This document shows positions 17,969 through 27,598 of a stretch of DNA of 64,000 bases, in pieces (the stretch's first letter is position 1; the number at the start of each line of letters is the position of its first letter). A program made the translations under genes and the position numbers. The stretch spans positions 1,824,001 to 1,888,000 of the forward strand of contig CAXXLX010000001.1 in NCBI GenBank assembly GCA_963665235.2, read 5' to 3'. A model generated the notes under the pieces. The model made no database searches. It saw only the letters and a program-made list of their open reading frames with translations, and was not told where the DNA came from. The stretch comes from Candidatus Poribacteria bacterium. Lineage in GTDB: Bacteria > Poribacteria > WGA-4E > WGA-3G.

Positions 17969-19230
17969 CAATCTTCGGTGTGGAGACCCCGTTGCTTTAG
18001 CACGGGGAGGAAACACCGCTCCTATATTGAAAGTTCAAGCGTGTTAGGACTTGAAAATCTGTGCGTTTCGCACCCGTTGTTAATCGGTGTCCATCTTTTG
18101 AATAGACAGAGAATAGTCCTTTAGCATTAACACCCGCAAGGCGTGTTAGTCCATATTTGTCGTGCTTTATCAATGTGTTTTTAACGAGTCCATCGCCTAA
18201 TAAGGTGCCACCATATCGCGGACGATTGCCACCTTTCTGCGGATTTTGTCTGTGGAGTTGTCGCCTGCGTATCGGTATCGGTGAGATACAGAATATATCG
18301 GTATTGTCGGGTATCTCTAAACCGCCCACGGTGTGATAGGCCAAGCACCAGCTATCAACGCAATGTGCCTCAAAGGTTTCAGCTAACTTCTTTGACGACT
18401 TGTTGAGACCCAGACGCTCGCGTATCTCTTTGGTTTCAAACCCTTGTAATGTCAGGAGTTTCCATCGCTTTTCTACCTCTGAATAGAACCAGTGCTTGCC
18501 GACTTCCAAAGGACTAAAAGCCTGATTCCACTGCTTTTGATACTGTTTTGTTTGCGCCTTAATGTCCTCAACACAGACGTGTGTAACAGGATAGAGGTTA
18601 GACAACCAATCTAATATGCGAAGTTTCCAATCCCATCTCGCACGTGTGCCTGCGGGAATACGCTTCCGGTTCGACAGGTTGTGATGCTTCTTTTTCCGAT
18701 TCGGACATTTCCGTGTGCGTCTGCCTCTCCGCAGCGTCCGCCGCTTTTCGATTTTCTTTCCAACCTTGTTGTGAGCGTCTGCTTGCACATTCAGGTAGGT
18801 ATGTGCCTCGCTTTTGACGGTAAAGCCTTCCTTCTTACTGCCAGGGTCTACGCCTACACATATCTCTTGGAAGTATCTATCCGAAGGAGCAGCGTTAAGG
18901 CGCACACAAAAAACGCCATTCTTCCAAAAGGGTGTCGCTTTCTTTTCTTGTATCCACTTCCTTGCCCGCGAAGGCTTTGTTGGCATCAGTGGATTTTGGT
19001 TTTTGTCAACGACAGGAACAAACATAGTTTGTAATTCTCCGTAGAGTTTGTATTTCCCCATCCAGATCGGTATATCAGCGTTTACATCGGACTTGGGGAG
19101 CATCCGAAACACCGTTGTGCACCACCACAGATATACCGATATATGACTGTAGTGAAGAACTTAATCTTTGACAGGGAACGTGTGGTTACGCTATGTCAAA
19201 GCACCCATGCTTTAGCAGGGTGATCTTTAC
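17969..19230 (-). mobile_element. Non-autonomous IS200/IS605-superfamily element encoding IsrB and omega-RNA
   Basis: Subterminal hairpins CACCCTGCTAAAGCATGGGTG (~19202-19222) and CCCCGTGCTAAAGCAACGGGG (~17987-18007); no tnpA; followed directly by ATGA. Confidence 0.8.
17997..19025 (-). CDS. isrB: IsrB RNA-guided nickase (RRXRR/PLMP domain, split RuvC, no HNH), 342 aa
   Basis: PLMPT, RuvC-I GVDPG, Arg-rich bridge helix RRTLRRGRRTRK, RuvC-II VEDIK, RuvC-III HCVD; no HNH motif. Confidence 0.85.
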   Translation of the reverse strand: MFVPVVDKNQNPLMPTKPSRARKWIQEKKATPFWKNGVFCVRLNAAPSDRYFQEICVGVDPGSKKEGFTVKSEAHTYLNVQADAHNKVGKKIEKRRTLRRGRRTRKCPNRKKKHHNLSNRKRIPAGTRARWDWKLRILDWLSNLYPVTHVCVEDIKAQTKQYQKQWNQAFSPLEVGKHWFYSEVEKRWKLLTLQGFETKEIRERLGLNKSSKKLAETFEAHCVDSWCLAYHTVGGLEIPDNTDIFCISPIPIRRRQLHRQNPQKGGNRPRYGGTLLGDGLVKNTLIKHDKYGLTRLAGVNAKGLFSVYSKDGHRLTTGAKRTDFQVLTRLNFQYRSGVSSPC

Positions 19231-19250
19231 TGTAACCTGACACTAATTAT
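19040..19250 (-). ncRNA. omega-RNA (HEARO-like) with 5' guide taken from flanking DNA
   Basis: Minus strand GTAAAGATCACCCTGCTAAAGCATGGGTG...GGATGCTCCCCAAGTCC...GATGGGGA with several stems (CTTTGACA/TGTCAAAG, ATCGGTATATC/GATATACCGAT) directly upstream of isrB. Confidence 0.75.
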
Positions 19251-19340
19251 CGCAAAACGATTGATACGCTTTTTCATTTCTATCTCTTGAAGGTGAAGTT
19301 TTTCTGTTGTGAAAATATGAACTTGAACAATACATCCTTA

Positions 19341-19369
19341 ATTTTAACACAATTTCTTTTTCAAGTCAA
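19341..19369 (-). promoter_or_regulatory. Sigma70 promoter reading into omega-RNA, isrB and the TPR operon
   Basis: TTGACT-N17-TAAAAT on the minus strand. Confidence 0.6.
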
Positions 19370-19531
19370 ACAAAATTCGGGAACAGAATGATTCTGATTT
19401 TTTCTTTGACACCTTTTCGGATTTATGTTACTATAGTTTACCTAAGTTGCCACATAGTAGCATAATCTTCCAGATTGTGCATATTTGTGTGCAAATTGGA
19501 AGTGAACGGGACAAATATTAGCTAATTATCA

Positions 19532-20227
19532 CTATAGTTTGGACAATTTCTGTGAGCCTGATGCCCGATTTTCAAAGCCTTTCTGATTTTTCTCAAAGTT
19601 TCTCACACAAGGACAAATAGTAGAAAATGGGCACAGTATTCGGGTAAGAAGTCCGCCTCTCCTGCGAAAACGCAGCCCCGTAGGGGCGGTATGTTTATAG
19701 AAGTCCACAACGAACCCACAAACTAGCCCCGTAGGGGCGGTATGTGTAAAGATGTCCTAGTCTTCCGCCGTGCCGAACATAAGCTTATGTTTTTAATTTG
19801 ACTTTTGCGGTCATGGTTGTAACCGCCACCAATGTTGAAGTTCCGAACCTCAACCTATGGTAGGGTTGTTTGATGTTCTGACCCATTACCATTTTTGTGC
19901 AATGCTTTGTATCCAAAAGACCCCATTGGATACCAAAGCACTGATTCACAAGCATAAAGAAGGTGCGAAGCACGAGGGCAATTGTCCTTTGAGTTAGGGG
20001 CAGTAAGACTTCAAGCATTGTTGACGTTCACACGTCTGAAAACCACAATAATAGCTAACGCGTAGCGGAACGCCCTCTTTGCTGGGAGAGTATGTCAAGA
20101 ATTACCGAGTGAACCCCTAAAGTCATAATCACAAAACCGCGCATCTTAAACTCCGCGCCCTCTGCGTTCTCATCCGCGATTCAGACAACACCGCAAATGC
20201 AAACTCATAAAATTGTCCAAAGTTTAG
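19532..20227. mobile_element. Degenerate composite MITE containing a REP pair and an IS605-like right-end remnant
   Basis: Ends CTATAGTTTGGACAATTT / AAATTGTCCAAAGTTTAG; two AGCCCCGTAGGGGCGGTATGT cores (~19674, ~19725); GGGAGAGTATGTCAA at 20084-20098. Confidence 0.45.
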
Positions 20228-20332
20228 GATTTATGTTAGACTTCAATAATTGAACGAAGATAGGAATAGAGCGTTATCAAGGACATCTATCTAATCGCTA
20301 TTTCAACGAAGACCTCTCAAGGAGATATTATC

Positions 20333-20925
20333 TTGAAAAGAACAGCTTTAATGCTAACGATTTTGTTTGTGCTCCTAACGGTTGCACCAAACATCTTCGC
20401 TATAGACTACACACAATGGAACTTGCCTGAAGTGGCTAAAGCACGACTCGGTAAAGGTAGTATAAATGATATAAAGTTTTCAGTAGATGGCACGCGGTTA
20501 GCCGTTGGTAGCAGTATCGGGATTTGGATTTACGATGTCCAGACAGGGGAAGAACTCAATCTATTTACAGGACATACGGATTCGGTCGGTAGCGTGTCGT
20601 TTAGTCCAGATGGGAACACCATCGTTAGTGGAAGTTATGACAAGACTATTCGTCTATGGGACCCAAACACCGGGCGACTTATCAGAACATTCACGGGACA
20701 TACGGGGCAGGTCCTTAGCGTATCGTTTAGTCCAGATGGAAATACCATCGTTAGTGGGGTGATGACAACACTCTTCATCTATGGGATATTAGCATAGGAG
20801 AACTTATCAGAACACTCACAGGACATACGGGGCGGGTCCTTAGCGTGTCGTTTAGTCCTGATGGTAGAACACTTGCCAGTGGGAGTGTGGATGGCACTAT
20901 TCTGTTATGGGAACTTGACCTTTAA
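20333..20925 (+). pseudogene. Secreted WD40-repeat protein with a frameshift at ~20759
   Basis: GHTD/GHTG..SVSFSPDG repeats; they continue in another frame (DDNTLHLWD...GTILLWELDL*) to TAA at 20923-20925. Confidence 0.8.
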
Positions 20926-20970
20926 GCGTGCTGCGTATTGGAACGGTAAGAACCGGGGCAGGACATCGGA

Positions 20971-21711
20971 TTATACCGCTGCAAACCGTTCCGGATAATT
21001 TGAGGTAATACCGTGGACACCGAACCGCTTCAGTTCACGCATACGTGCAATATCGTCCACTGTCCAACACCATAAGGTAATACCGCGCCGTCTTACCTGA
21101 TATGCAAATTCTGACGTTATCATAAGGTGATTGACATTCAGGATTCTGCTGCCTAATGTACACAATTGCTCACACAGCTGTGCAGGCGACGCATCACTGT
21201 CTTGACTCCCTATGAGCCACCCTGTCGAGATGTACGGCTCCATCTCGCGAACGGTTTTTAAAACAGATGCATGAAAAGAGATAATAATAACCCTTCCAAG
21301 GATGTTTATTGGATTTCCCCCGTTTTGTACAGATAATTCGAACTCGCGAATCTTTTCTATAACTGCCTCACCAATGTCGGGCTCTTTAATTTCTAAAACG
21401 GGCAATGTTTTAAGTGCTATACATTCCAGGGTTTCAGTCAGCGTTGGAATCGGTTCACCGGTGAACTCGACATCGAACCATGCCCCAGCATCGGCACGTT
21501 TGATATCCACTAAAGTTGCTTGGTTAACCGGACCGTGGAGGTTGGTCGTTCTATCTAGGGTAGCATCATGTATTGCAACAATTTCGTCATCAGCGGTGCG
21601 GTGCAGGTCAAGTTCAACCGCGTCTGTACCAATTTCAATTGCCTTTTTGAATGCTGCAAGCGTATTTTCGGGGGCACTCCCTGATGCACCCCGATGTGCA
21701 ATCCGAATCAT
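20971..21711 (-). CDS. Glycerophosphodiester phosphodiesterase family protein
   Basis: IAHRGASG.APENT, ELDLH, HDATLDRTT, WTVD, GITSNYP. Confidence 0.95.
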   Translation of the reverse strand: MIRIAHRGASGSAPENTLAAFKKAIEIGTDAVELDLHRTADDEIVAIHDATLDRTTNLHGPVNQATLVDIKRADAGAWFDVEFTGEPIPTLTETLECIALKTLPVLEIKEPDIGEAVIEKIREFELSVQNGGNPINILGRVIIISFHASVLKTVREMEPYISTGWLIGSQDSDASPAQLCEQLCTLGSRILNVNHLMITSEFAYQVRRRGITLWCWTVDDIARMRELKRFGVHGITSNYPERFAAV

Positions 21712-21724
21712 AGCACCCTGGCTC

Positions 21725-23149
21725 CTATTTATCGTTTTGCTGTTTAATCTTCTTCATGAGTGTCGTTCGACTCATGCCTAACAATTCCGCTGTTTTGCTA
21801 TAATTGCCTTTGCATTCATCCATCACTAATTCTATAATCACCTTATCCAGTGCTGTGGTAACATCATCGTAAAAGTGTTGATTTTCGCTGGCAATAGCTG
21901 ACTTTGTAATCCGTTGTAAGATCGATTTGAAGGACGCTTCAAGTCGTAACGTATCGGCAGTGGTGCCCCTATAAGCCGCGCGGATTTCTAGGGGGAGGTC
22001 CTCCGGCAGAATAACATCGGCTCTGGAGAGTGCTGCTGCGCTTCTGAGGCAGTTCTCTAACTCCCGAACATTGCCTGGCCAGCTGTAGTTCTGTAGCAGT
22101 GCCATCCCCTCTTCAGAGATACCGCGAATCGGTTTGCCGAGTTCATCTTGAATTAGCAGTAGAAAGTGCGTAATGAGCAGCGGAATATCTTCTTGGCGTT
22201 CCCGCAAGGGGGGCAGCTGAAGTGTGATACGCTTGAAACGGTAATAGAGGTCCTCGCGGAACTGTCCAAGTTTAATCATTTCCCCGAGTTCCCTATTGGT
22301 CGCAGCGATGACGCGTACATCCACTTTAATCGTTTGGGTGCTCCCTAGTCTCTCAATTTCCTGTGTTTGCAAGGCGCGTAGCAACTTTACTTGCAATGCG
22401 GGGCTCATATTCGCGACCTCGTCAAGGAAGAGTGTGCCCCCGTTTGCCAGCTCAAATCGCCCCGGTTTTCCTTCCGTTTTTGCACCAGTGAATGCCCCGG
22501 CTTCATAACCGAACAGTTCGCTTTCCAGAAGTTCATCGGGCAGTGCGCCGCAATCCACCGGCACAAACGGCTCGGTTTTTCGCGCGCTGCCTTTGTGAAT
22601 AGCGCGTGCGACCAGGTCCTTTCCGGTCCCCGTTTCCCCTTCAATCAGCACTGTCATCGTATTGCTTGCCATTGTGCCGATGAGTTTGTAAATTTCTCGC
22701 ATCTGCTCACTTTTTCCGACAAGTCGATGTCCCCGTTCACTTCCTGCCGAAGCGTCTGGTGTCTCTAAGGGAAGGGTGCTGCGGATAGATTGCGTCCGGA
22801 AGGCACGCACAAGCACGTTTTTCACGATAACCAAATCGATAGGTTTCGGAACGAAATCGAACGCTTGGAGGCGCATCGCTTCTATTGTCGTATCCACATC
22901 GTCGTAAGCGGTGATGATAACGACAATTACCTCCGGGTGGAGGGTGTTTATTTTCGCCAACGCCTCTAAACCGCTCATCCCCGGCAACTTGACATCGAGA
23001 AAAACGACACTCGGCTTGTCCGAAGCGATGCAGCGTAATCCCTCCTCGGCACTGTTCGCGATGCTGGCATTATAACCTTCACCTTCCAGAAATTGCTGAA
23101 ACGCCCAACAAATTTTCTCGTCGTCGTCAATTACCAGTACATTTTCCAT
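21725..23149 (-). CDS. Sigma-54-dependent response regulator (NtrC family)
   Basis: REC domain, GETGTGKD, GAFTGA, LFLDEV, FREDLYYR, WPGNVREL, C-terminal HTH. Confidence 0.95.
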   Translation of the reverse strand: MENVLVIDDDEKICWAFQQFLEGEGYNASIANSAEEGLRCIASDKPSVVFLDVKLPGMSGLEALAKINTLHPEVIVVIITAYDDVDTTIEAMRLQAFDFVPKPIDLVIVKNVLVRAFRTQSIRSTLPLETPDASAGSERGHRLVGKSEQMREIYKLIGTMASNTMTVLIEGETGTGKDLVARAIHKGSARKTEPFVPVDCGALPDELLESELFGYEAGAFTGAKTEGKPGRFELANGGTLFLDEVANMSPALQVKLLRALQTQEIERLGSTQTIKVDVRVIAATNRELGEMIKLGQFREDLYYRFKRITLQLPPLRERQEDIPLLITHFLLLIQDELGKPIRGISEEGMALLQNYSWPGNVRELENCLRSAAALSRADVILPEDLPLEIRAAYRGTTADTLRLEASFKSILQRITKSAIASENQHFYDDVTTALDKVIIELVMDECKGNYSKTAELLGMSRTTLMKKIKQQNDK

Positions 23150-23178
23150 GGTGTCTTTCCTTCGGCTGTTTTGCGTTT

Positions 23179-24462
23179 TCATGTTTCGTGCCGTTTGCCG
23201 CCCTCTATTGAAATCAGAAATTTTTTCCCATCATCACCTATCCCGTTTTCAGTTGCTTGCGCCGCGCGCGCCTCCCGTTTTTTCCGGAGAACCGGATAAG
23301 CGTCCACAATCGGGATGTCGCTGAGGTGTGTCAAAGGCGGTTTACGCGCTTCGGCTGCGGCAACCGCTTCAGCAAAACGTTCGTTTTTGCGGGCGACTTG
23401 CACAGCGTCTCGCGCTTTGAAATCAGGTAAAACCGTCTCCGCAAAGAGTTCTAACGATTCACATATATCTTCATGGCGATTTGCACCCGCCTGCTGAATA
23501 AAAACAACCTGATCTACCCCGACCTCTTCCATTACTAATAGATGTTCGCGAATCTGAGCAGGGGTACCAATACCTGCTCGTCCCCCAGCAGGGGTTTGTG
23601 GTGACTGCTTATACAACTGCCAAATATCTGTTCTGCCGGGAATCTGTGAGCCGCCGTGATAGTAATGGGCAAGGGCAAATCGGAAAAAACGTAAACCGTC
23701 TAACCCACGGGCAACCGCTGTCTCCTCATCGGTGTGACAGGAAAACCCTGACACCATGGCGATGTTGGGATTGACCCGCTGTGTTAAAGGTGTGCACTCC
23801 TTCTCAAAGATTTCATAATACTCCTCTACCCAGAATTTTGCTTCACTTGCATCGACAAATGCGAAGGTTAGCGCGCCGAGGCCGTACCTTGCTGCATATC
23901 TGAGACTATCGCGGCTGGAACAGGCAACCCAGGGCGGTGGGTGCGGTGTTTGCAACGGTTTCGGCACGACATTACGCACCGGCATAGAAAAATACTGTCC
24001 ATCATATCCAGCATAAGGCGATTGCACCATCATTTTCGCTGTTTCCTGCGTACATTCCGCCCACATCTCGCGTTTAGACTTCGGGTTAATGTTGAACCCG
24101 CCGAGTTCCATGTGCGATGCAGATTCACCTGTCCCCCACTCTACGCGTCCATTTGATACCAGGTCAAGTGTCGCGATACGTTCGGCTACCCGTGCCGGGT
24201 GATTGTAAGCCGGGGGCATCAAGACAATTCCATGCCCTAGCCGAATCTGCTTCGTGCGTTGACTGCACGCCGCAAGGAATACCTCCGGTGCCGAAGAGTG
24301 TGAATACTCTTCAAGGAAGTGATGTTCTACCTCCCAAATATAGTCAAACCCGAGGGTGTCCGCCAATTCTACTTGCTCCAAAGCATCTTGGAAGAGCTTA
24401 TGTTCTGCCCCTTCATGCCAGGGACGGGGGATTTGGTGTTCATAAAACAGCCCGAATTTCAT
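23179..24462 (-). CDS. LLM class flavin-dependent oxidoreductase
   Basis: MKFGLFYEHQ, EVEHHFLEEYSHSSAPE, AERIATLDLVSNGRVEWG, PKPLQ. Confidence 0.93.
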   Translation of the reverse strand: MKFGLFYEHQIPRPWHEGAEHKLFQDALEQVELADTLGFDYIWEVEHHFLEEYSHSSAPEVFLAACSQRTKQIRLGHGIVLMPPAYNHPARVAERIATLDLVSNGRVEWGTGESASHMELGGFNINPKSKREMWAECTQETAKMMVQSPYAGYDGQYFSMPVRNVVPKPLQTPHPPPWVACSSRDSLRYAARYGLGALTFAFVDASEAKFWVEEYYEIFEKECTPLTQRVNPNIAMVSGFSCHTDEETAVARGLDGLRFFRFALAHYYHGGSQIPGRTDIWQLYKQSPQTPAGGRAGIGTPAQIREHLLVMEEVGVDQVVFIQQAGANRHEDICESLELFAETVLPDFKARDAVQVARKNERFAEAVAAAEARKPPLTHLSDIPIVDAYPVLRKKREARAAQATENGIGDDGKKFLISIEGGKRHET

Positions 24463-24525
24463 GCGTTTGTCTCATATCCTTTCGTCATAGCCTATCCCGA
24501 AGTTTGCGGTGCATCAGGGACGTTT

Positions 24526-25296
24526 CTAAGCCGCTTCGAAGCTCTGCATCTCCGCTTCTGTTAATTGCCATTCGAAGATATCTAAATTCTCCTGTAGATG
24601 CGGCACCGAACCGGATTTCGGAATTGCAATAATCCCTTTCTGAATTAACCACCGTAAGGCTACCTGTGCTGCTGTTTTTCCGTGTTTGTCTCCGATTGCT
24701 TTTAATGCTGTGTCGCCAGCAAGGTTTCCAACGGCAAGCGGTCTATGTGCGGTGATAGGGATGTTGCGTGCTTCACAATAATCTCGTAGGGTTTCCTTGT
24801 TGTTACGGACATGATACTCAACCTGATTCGTGCAAATTGGTAGGTCCGATACCTCACACGCCCGTTCAACCTGCGCGATGCTAAAATTGCTAATACCGAC
24901 GCTTTTCACCTTACCTGCGTCGTAGATTTCTTGGAAAGCAGCGAACGTTTCCTCAAACGGCACAGTGTCGCTCGGCCAATGGATTAGCAACAAATCAACA
25001 TAGTCCATCTGTAAATCGCTTAAACACACCTCAAACTGCTCTAAAACGTCGGCATGTTTGAGATGGGTATTCCAAATTTTGGTCGTAATAAAGAGTTGCT
25101 CACGTTCAACACGTATATCTTGAAGTGCATCCCCAATTGCACGCTGGTTTTGATACATCCACGCCGTGTCAATATGGGTGTACCCCAATTCAATCGCTTT
25201 TTTAATAATCCGTTTGCACTGTCTGCCTTTTAGCTGCCAGGTGCCAAGACCTAGCATCGGCATGTCGTGTCCAGATGCAAGTTTGATATTTTTCAC
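24526..25296 (-). CDS. Aldo/keto reductase (2,5-DKG reductase-like)
   Basis: GLGTW, HIDTAWMY, LFITTK, DYVDLLLIHWP, GISNF, IPKS. Confidence 0.94.
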   Translation of the reverse strand: MKNIKLASGHDMPMLGLGTWQLKGRQCKRIIKKAIELGYTHIDTAWMYQNQRAIGDALQDIRVEREQLFITTKIWNTHLKHADVLEQFEVCLSDLQMDYVDLLLIHWPSDTVPFEETFAAFQEIYDAGKVKSVGISNFSIAQVERACEVSDLPICTNQVEYHVRNNKETLRDYCEARNIPITAHRPLAVGNLAGDTALKAIGDKHGKTAAQVALRWLIQKGIIAIPKSGSVPHLQENLDIFEWQLTEAEMQSFEAA

Positions 25297-25394
25297 AGCC
25301 CGGCCCTCCTTTTTTTATATCATGATAACGGATTTCGAAAAAAAGTCAAGAAAAATATGAGACAGGGTGTGTAAAGTTTTTGTACAAAACCGGT

Positions 25395-25432
25395 GTAAAT
25401 GTTACACTTTTGACACAAAGTGTAACATTTAC
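25395..25432. promoter_or_regulatory. Perfect 16-bp inverted repeat (operator- or terminator-like)
   Basis: GTAAATGTTACACTTT-TGACAC-AAAGTGTAACATTTAC, upstream of the AKR promoter (TTGACT..TATCAT, 25322-25349). Confidence 0.45.
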
Positions 25433-25674
25433 TTCTCAGTGCTGCAGTCGCACAAACTCACGCCCCGTCTATGTTTAGAAGCATTTTCGACCCGTCTTTT
25501 TCACAACACATAAAAAATGAGTTGTGACATTTCGACCTCCGATTTTCGTTTATCAGTTCTGCCTACTTTTCTTATCGTTCTGCCTCCTACTTTTTGAGAC
25601 CGTTCCGATTTATCGGATTTCTCGGATTTTAAGCAATAGAAGGTTTGTGATTATGAGCTAGGGTGTTGTGTTTT

Positions 25675-26585
25675 CTATAAATATACTGCCCGGATGGGGC
25701 TAGCTTGTCTGGCACCCGCGCTTCTATAAATATACCGCCCCGCTGGGGCTAGCTTGTGTTGTGTTGTTGTGTTTTCTATAAATATACCGCCCCGCTGGGG
25801 CTAGCTTGTGTTGTGTTGTTGTGTTTTCTATAAATATACCGCCCCGCTGGGGCTAGCTTGTGTTGTGTTGTTGTGTTTTCTATAAATATACCGCCCCGCT
25901 GGGGCTAGCTTGTCTGGCCCTCGCGCTTCTATAAAGATACCGCCCGGATGGGGCTAGCTTGTCTGGCACCCGCGCTTCTATAAAGATACCGCCCGGATGG
26001 GGCTGGCTTGTCTGGCGTTCACATTAAACATGTTGCCCCGATACCCCTAGTCCCGTAGGGACGATATATTTATAGAAGCAGATGTGTCTGGCGTTCACAT
26101 TAAACATGTTGCCCCGATACCCCTAGTCCCGTAGGGACGATATATTTATAGAAGCAGATGTTTCGACAACCCCTAGTCCCGTAGGGACGATATATTTATA
26201 GAAGCAGATGTTTCGACAACCCCTAGTCCCGTAGGGACGATATATTTATAGAAGCAGATGTTTCGACAACCCCTGGTCCCGTAGGGACGATATATTTATA
26301 GAAGCAGATGTTTCGACAACCCCTAGTCCCGTAGGGACGATATATTTATAGAAGCAGATGTTTCGACAACCCCTGGTCCCGTAGGGACGATATATTTATA
26401 GAAGCAGATGTTTCGACAACCCCTAGTCCCGTAGGGACGATATATTTATAGCAGATGTTTCGACAACCCCTAGTCCCGTAGGGACGATATATTTATAGCA
26501 GATGTTTCGACAACCCCTAGTCCCGTAGGGACGATATATTTATAGAGATTAGTGAAAACGGACATTTATTTTCAAACTCACGTTT
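25675..26585. repeat. Bipartite REP-like tandem array: 7 minus-strand cores, then 10 plus-strand cores, then a MITE right end
   Basis: CTATAAAKATACYGCCCSGMTGGGGCT x7 (25675-26004); GTCCCGTAGGGACGATATATTTATAG x10 (26050-26545, mostly 50-bp period); then TCAAACTCACGTT. Confidence 0.93.
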
Positions 26586-26611
26586 AAGTACAAAAATTTT
26601 ACACACCCATC

Positions 26612-26640
26612 TTGACATTCCCTCGGAAAAAAGGTATACT
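26612..26640 (+). promoter_or_regulatory. Sigma70 promoter
   Basis: TTGACA-N17-TATACT upstream of the SDR gene. Confidence 0.7.
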
Positions 26641-26713
26641 TAATTTTGTAGGTCGGGTTGGATTTTCAGAGAAACCCGACACCGTTTTAATATCTATTTT
26701 TTGAAGGGATGTT

Positions 26714-27505
26714 ATGAACCTCGGACTCACAGACAAAATTGCAGTAGTAGGCGCGTCAAGTAAAGGACTTGGACGTGCAATCGCGCTCGGTTTAGCACAG
26801 GAAGGGGCGAAGGTCACTATCTGTGCACGTAATAGGGACACGTTGGAGGCAACGGCGCAAGAGATTCGGAACCTGACCGGCACAGACGTATTGGCGGTAC
26901 CGACTGATGTTAGCGAGCCTGAACAGATTGAAGTGCTTATTAACACAGCACTATCACACTTCGGAGGTATCGATATTTTAGTGAATAACGCAGGTGGACC
27001 GAGGGCGGGCAGATTTGATGACCTGTCAGCCGAAGATTATCGAGATGCGGTCCAGCTGAACTTGATGAGCACCATAAACCTATGCCGTGCTGTTGTGCCG
27101 ACGATGCAGGAGCGAGGCGGCGGACGTATTATCAATCTCACCTCTGTTTCCGTTAAACAGCCGGTAGATGGTCTAATGTTATCAAATATGGCTCGGACCG
27201 GGGTTATAGGTTTTGCAAAGACGCTTGCAACGGAATTAGCTCCTGACAAAATTTTAGTTAACAATGTCTGCCCCGGTATTATTTACACCGACCGGATTCA
27301 GCAATTAGCGACTGTCCGTGCAGAAGAGGCGGGCATCACGTTTGATGAAGCCCTCGCCAACATGACAGCGAATATTCCGCTCGGCAGAATCGGGAAGCCT
27401 GATGAATTTGCTGCCCTGGTCGTATTTCTTGCCTCAGAACAGGCAAGCTATATAACAGGCACCACAATTCAGGTGGATGGTGGCATGGTAAAATCCTTGC
27501 TTTGA
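26714..27505 (+). CDS. SDR family oxidoreductase
   Basis: GASSKGLG, ILVNNAGGP, NVCPG, ASYITGTTIQVDGG. Confidence 0.95.
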   Translation: MNLGLTDKIAVVGASSKGLGRAIALGLAQEGAKVTICARNRDTLEATAQEIRNLTGTDVLAVPTDVSEPEQIEVLINTALSHFGGIDILVNNAGGPRAGRFDDLSAEDYRDAVQLNLMSTINLCRAVVPTMQERGGGRIINLTSVSVKQPVDGLMLSNMARTGVIGFAKTLATELAPDKILVNNVCPGIIYTDRIQQLATVRAEEAGITFDEALANMTANIPLGRIGKPDEFAALVVFLASEQASYITGTTIQVDGGMVKSLL

Positions 27506-27598
27506 TCGGCTATTGATGCTTTGGCTATCGGTAGTTGAAAATTGTTAGAAAAGGGGGTATCGGGAAGATAGCTCTTGTAACCGATAACCGAACCGACG

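Noticed and set aside
17997-19025. IscB, Cas9 or TnpB
   Set aside because: No HNH motif between RuvC-II and RuvC-III and only 342 aa; a PLMP N-terminus with upstream RNA argues against TnpB
20560-20880. Diversity-generating retroelement template/variable repeat pair
   Set aside because: The repeats are in-frame WD40 units, differences are not confined to adenines, and there is no reverse transcriptase
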